The notes beneath the pieces are model-generated. The model had not been told where the DNA came from. It searched no databases and saw only the letters and a program-made list of their open reading frames with translations. Shown one piece after another: positions 17,867-20,000 of a stretch of 20,000 bases of DNA. The DNA comes from Candidatus Woesearchaeota archaeon (GTDB lineage: Archaea > Nanobdellota > Nanobdellia > Woesearchaeales > WAPY01): positions 122,129-142,128 of the forward strand of contig JBNAUL010000002.1 of assembly GCA_049700835.1 (NCBI GenBank). The letters are read 5' to 3'. Numbering within the stretch: position 1 is the stretch's first letter; each line of letters starts with the position of its first letter. Position numbers and translations under genes: made by a program.

Positions 17867-19104
17867 TTAAAACCTTAAGAATAACCAATAGATTTGCTTT
17901 CTTGTCAAAAATTTCTATCTATTTAATTCTAATTCTCATAACTTTCAAAATCATAATAGGATTGCTAAACACAGATTTTGACTTCAAATTGGTGTACATA
18001 ACATTTATTGGAGCACTTCCAATTATTCTATTCAGCAAAAAAAGAATTTCAATAATAAAAAAGGTTGATTGGCATACTTTAATCTTCTTTGCTTCAATGT
18101 TTGTACTAATGGAAAGCGTTTGGGAAACAGGATTCTTTCAACTAGTAATCATTAAGCTAAACATAAGCATTCTCTCAATTCCAATGATTTTATGCATAAG
18201 CATTTTACTTAGCCAATTGATATCAAATGTTCCATTAGCTGCTCTTTATCTTCCGTTGCTAATTCAAACAGGAGCTGAAACCAAAGAGTTCGTTGCTTTG
18301 GCAGCTGGAAGCATGATTGCAGGAAACTTGCTAATATTAGGAGCAGCGAGCAATGTAATAATAATACAAAACGCAGAGAAAAAATCAGGAGAAACAATAA
18401 CTTTTGTTGAATTTGCAAGAATAGGTATTCCGATGACAATAATAAACATGCAAGTTTATTATCTTTTATAGGCTCTTGAGAATGATCCAACTTATTATTC
18501 TTAAATTCTTCTCTATAAAATAGTTTTAACAGTAAAAAAGCAGCAACCAAGTTTATCATTGTTGGCAGGAAAAGATGTTCAAGAAATGTTATGAAAGGGT
18601 TTTTAATTTTTGATTGTGTTGCAATCAAAAAATTCTGCGGGTTTCCAAGAGGACTCATAACACTACTTAAGGTTATGGAAAATGCTAATGCAAGCAGAAG
18701 GGTTTTTGGTTTGATTTTGTGTTTTTTAGCAAGCAGTAAAACCATTGGAGTTCCTATTATTGCTACAGTATCATTCATTAGTATTGCTGAGGAAAAACCC
18801 ATAACGAAGATTATTAACAATAAGAGTTGATTGGTATTTCTTGCCTTTTTGAATATTTTGTATGAAAGATGAGCCAAATAACCGCTTTCTTCCATTGCTG
18901 TTCCTATGATAAACATATTAAACAAGAAAAGCATGACTTCTAAGTTTATAGATTTCAAAGCATGGATTATAGAGATTTGTCTTGTTATTATTACGACTGT
19001 TGCTCCGAAGAGCATATCTGCCATATCTCAAATTTAATGTTTCCTATTCTCCTTATTGCAATGAGAGCAAATACAACAAGCAAAATTATGAGAGGAATTA
19101 TCAT
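17867..19104 (-). pseudogene. ArsB/NhaD (ion-transporter superfamily) permease, disrupted by an internal inversion and a 1-nt frameshift
   Basis: Minus-strand N-part MIIPLIILLVVFALIAIRRIG...EIWQI, frameshift near 19015, then MLFGA...SAILMNDT...SPLGNPQN...EPIKDNKLA. The C-part lies on the plus strand (FLSKIS...VDWHTLIFF...ISNVP...GAASNVII...GIPMTIINM). The last codons IYWLFLRF* are back on the minus strand at 17867-17893. Confidence 0.88.
17894..18453 (+). other. Inverted internal segment of the permease gene, bounded by TTGC/GCAA
   Basis: Reverse-complementing this 560-bp segment gives in-frame joins at both ends: ...D-N-K-L-A-F-L-S-K... and ...I-N-M-Q-I-Y-W-L-F-L-R-F-stop. Confidence 0.88.
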
Positions 19105-19212
19105 TTTTTATTGGTTTTTTGTTTTTATTTATAATCTTTATTGTTTTATTTTAGTCACTAATAAGTGATAAAAATAGAAAGATTAAATATTAGTTCTGCT
19201 TTCTATTTATTT

Positions 19213-20000
19213 ATGACAAGAAACGAATTGCAAATAATAAAATTGGACGAATTGAATAAATTAATAAAAGAATCCAACGAATCAAAAAATACTGAAAACA
19301 TAGAGGACTTATTAGGAGTAAAACTCTTCTCAGATTACACTCATCCAAAATTAGAAGAATTTATTCAAAATTTTATTGATAGATACAAAGCTTATTTGCC
19401 AACAGAATTTAATCAAAAGTTAGTAAGAGAATTCTTGCTCTATTGGTTTATTAAAAGCAACGGATAAGAATTAATAACACTGGAACAGAAAATAATAAAA
19501 GTCGGGAAAAGCGATAAAACTAAAAAGTTTTATACTAATAATGGAGTTTTAGCACTTGCTGATTCAGATGGAAATGTTTACATAAGATGCTCTGATAGTT
19601 ATCATGGTTGGTTCCCAGGAGAAAAATTTCCAGACGGAGCTCAAGGCACTCTTATAAATTCAGGCTATGAAAGAGACGTTATTTTTGTTCCTCATAGCAA
19701 TGGAGAGGTTTTTAAAGATGAAAAACTAGAGAAGTTATTTGTTCTTTNNNNNNNNNNNNNNNNNNNNNNNNNNNNNNNNNNNNNNNNNNNNNNNNNNNNN
19801 NNNNNNNNNNNNNNNNNNNNNNNNNNNNNNNNNNNNNNNNNNNNNNNTTTAAAGATGAAAAACTAGAGAAGTTATTTGTTCTTTCGTATTTATTTTCAAC
19901 AGAAGTTAGAAAACTTATAGGAGAACCTATTGTCGGAGTAATTGTTAAAGACATTTTAGATGAAACGCAAGCTCCTTATAAATCTAGAAATGAAAAACTT
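19213..20000 (+). pseudogene. Hypothetical protein with an in-frame TAA at 19465-19467; runs off the window
   Basis: The same frame stays open after the TAA (ELITLEQKIIKVGKS...GVLALADSDGNVYIR...IFVPHSNGEVFKDEKLEKLFVL) and continues to the window end once the gap duplication is collapsed. Confidence 0.6.
19711..19884. other. Scaffolding gap (100 N) flanked by an identical 37-bp overlap
   Basis: TTTAAAGATGAAAAACTAGAGAAGTTATTTGTTCTTT occurs at 19711-19747 and 19848-19884, directly abutting the Ns. Confidence 0.9.

Noticed and set aside
17860..19024. Two genuine antisense-overlapping transporter genes
   Set aside because: They are halves of one gene. The apparent overlap (18209-18471) is read-through past the inversion junction.
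19711..19884. Two identical 37-bp repeats around the N gap as a collapsed CRISPR array or target-site duplication
   Set aside because: They abut the 100-N gap exactly, are not palindromic, have no cas genes nearby, and collapse into a continuous reading frame. This is an unmerged contig overlap.

Overview
Low-GC archaeal DNA. It carries a group II chaperonin, Rpo11/RpoL, an archaeal-type MetRS and GGTG/GAGGTG Shine-Dalgarno motifs. The gene set suggests a DPANN (Woesearchaeota-like) assembly, which is inference. The left half is mostly housekeeping: endonuclease IV, a CPA1 antiporter, a KaiC-like ATPase, a SAM methyltransferase, a CBS protein, two acidic proteins sharing an N-terminal motif, thermosome, MscL, AMMECR1 and RpoL. 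The centre (11.3-14.2 kb) is an extremely AT-rich tract holding a 244-aa 'minimal' large serine recombinase (catalytic and recombinase domains, no zinc-ribbon/coiled-coil domain). Four copies of a TGTTWAYTAA(GGTA) motif lie upstream of it, and a perfect 12-bp inverted repeat pair brackets it. The most striking feature follows metG: an ArsB/NhaD-type permease gene whose internal 560-bp segment (17894-18453) is precisely inverted. Flipping it back at TTGC/GCAA restores both junctions in frame and recovers the C-terminus and stop codon. One junction is a 24-bp quasi-palindrome centred on GC whose arms loosely resemble the motif upstream of the recombinase, so a recombinase-driven intragenic inversion is a testable possibility. 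The window ends in an ORF with an in-frame stop and an artefactual N gap.
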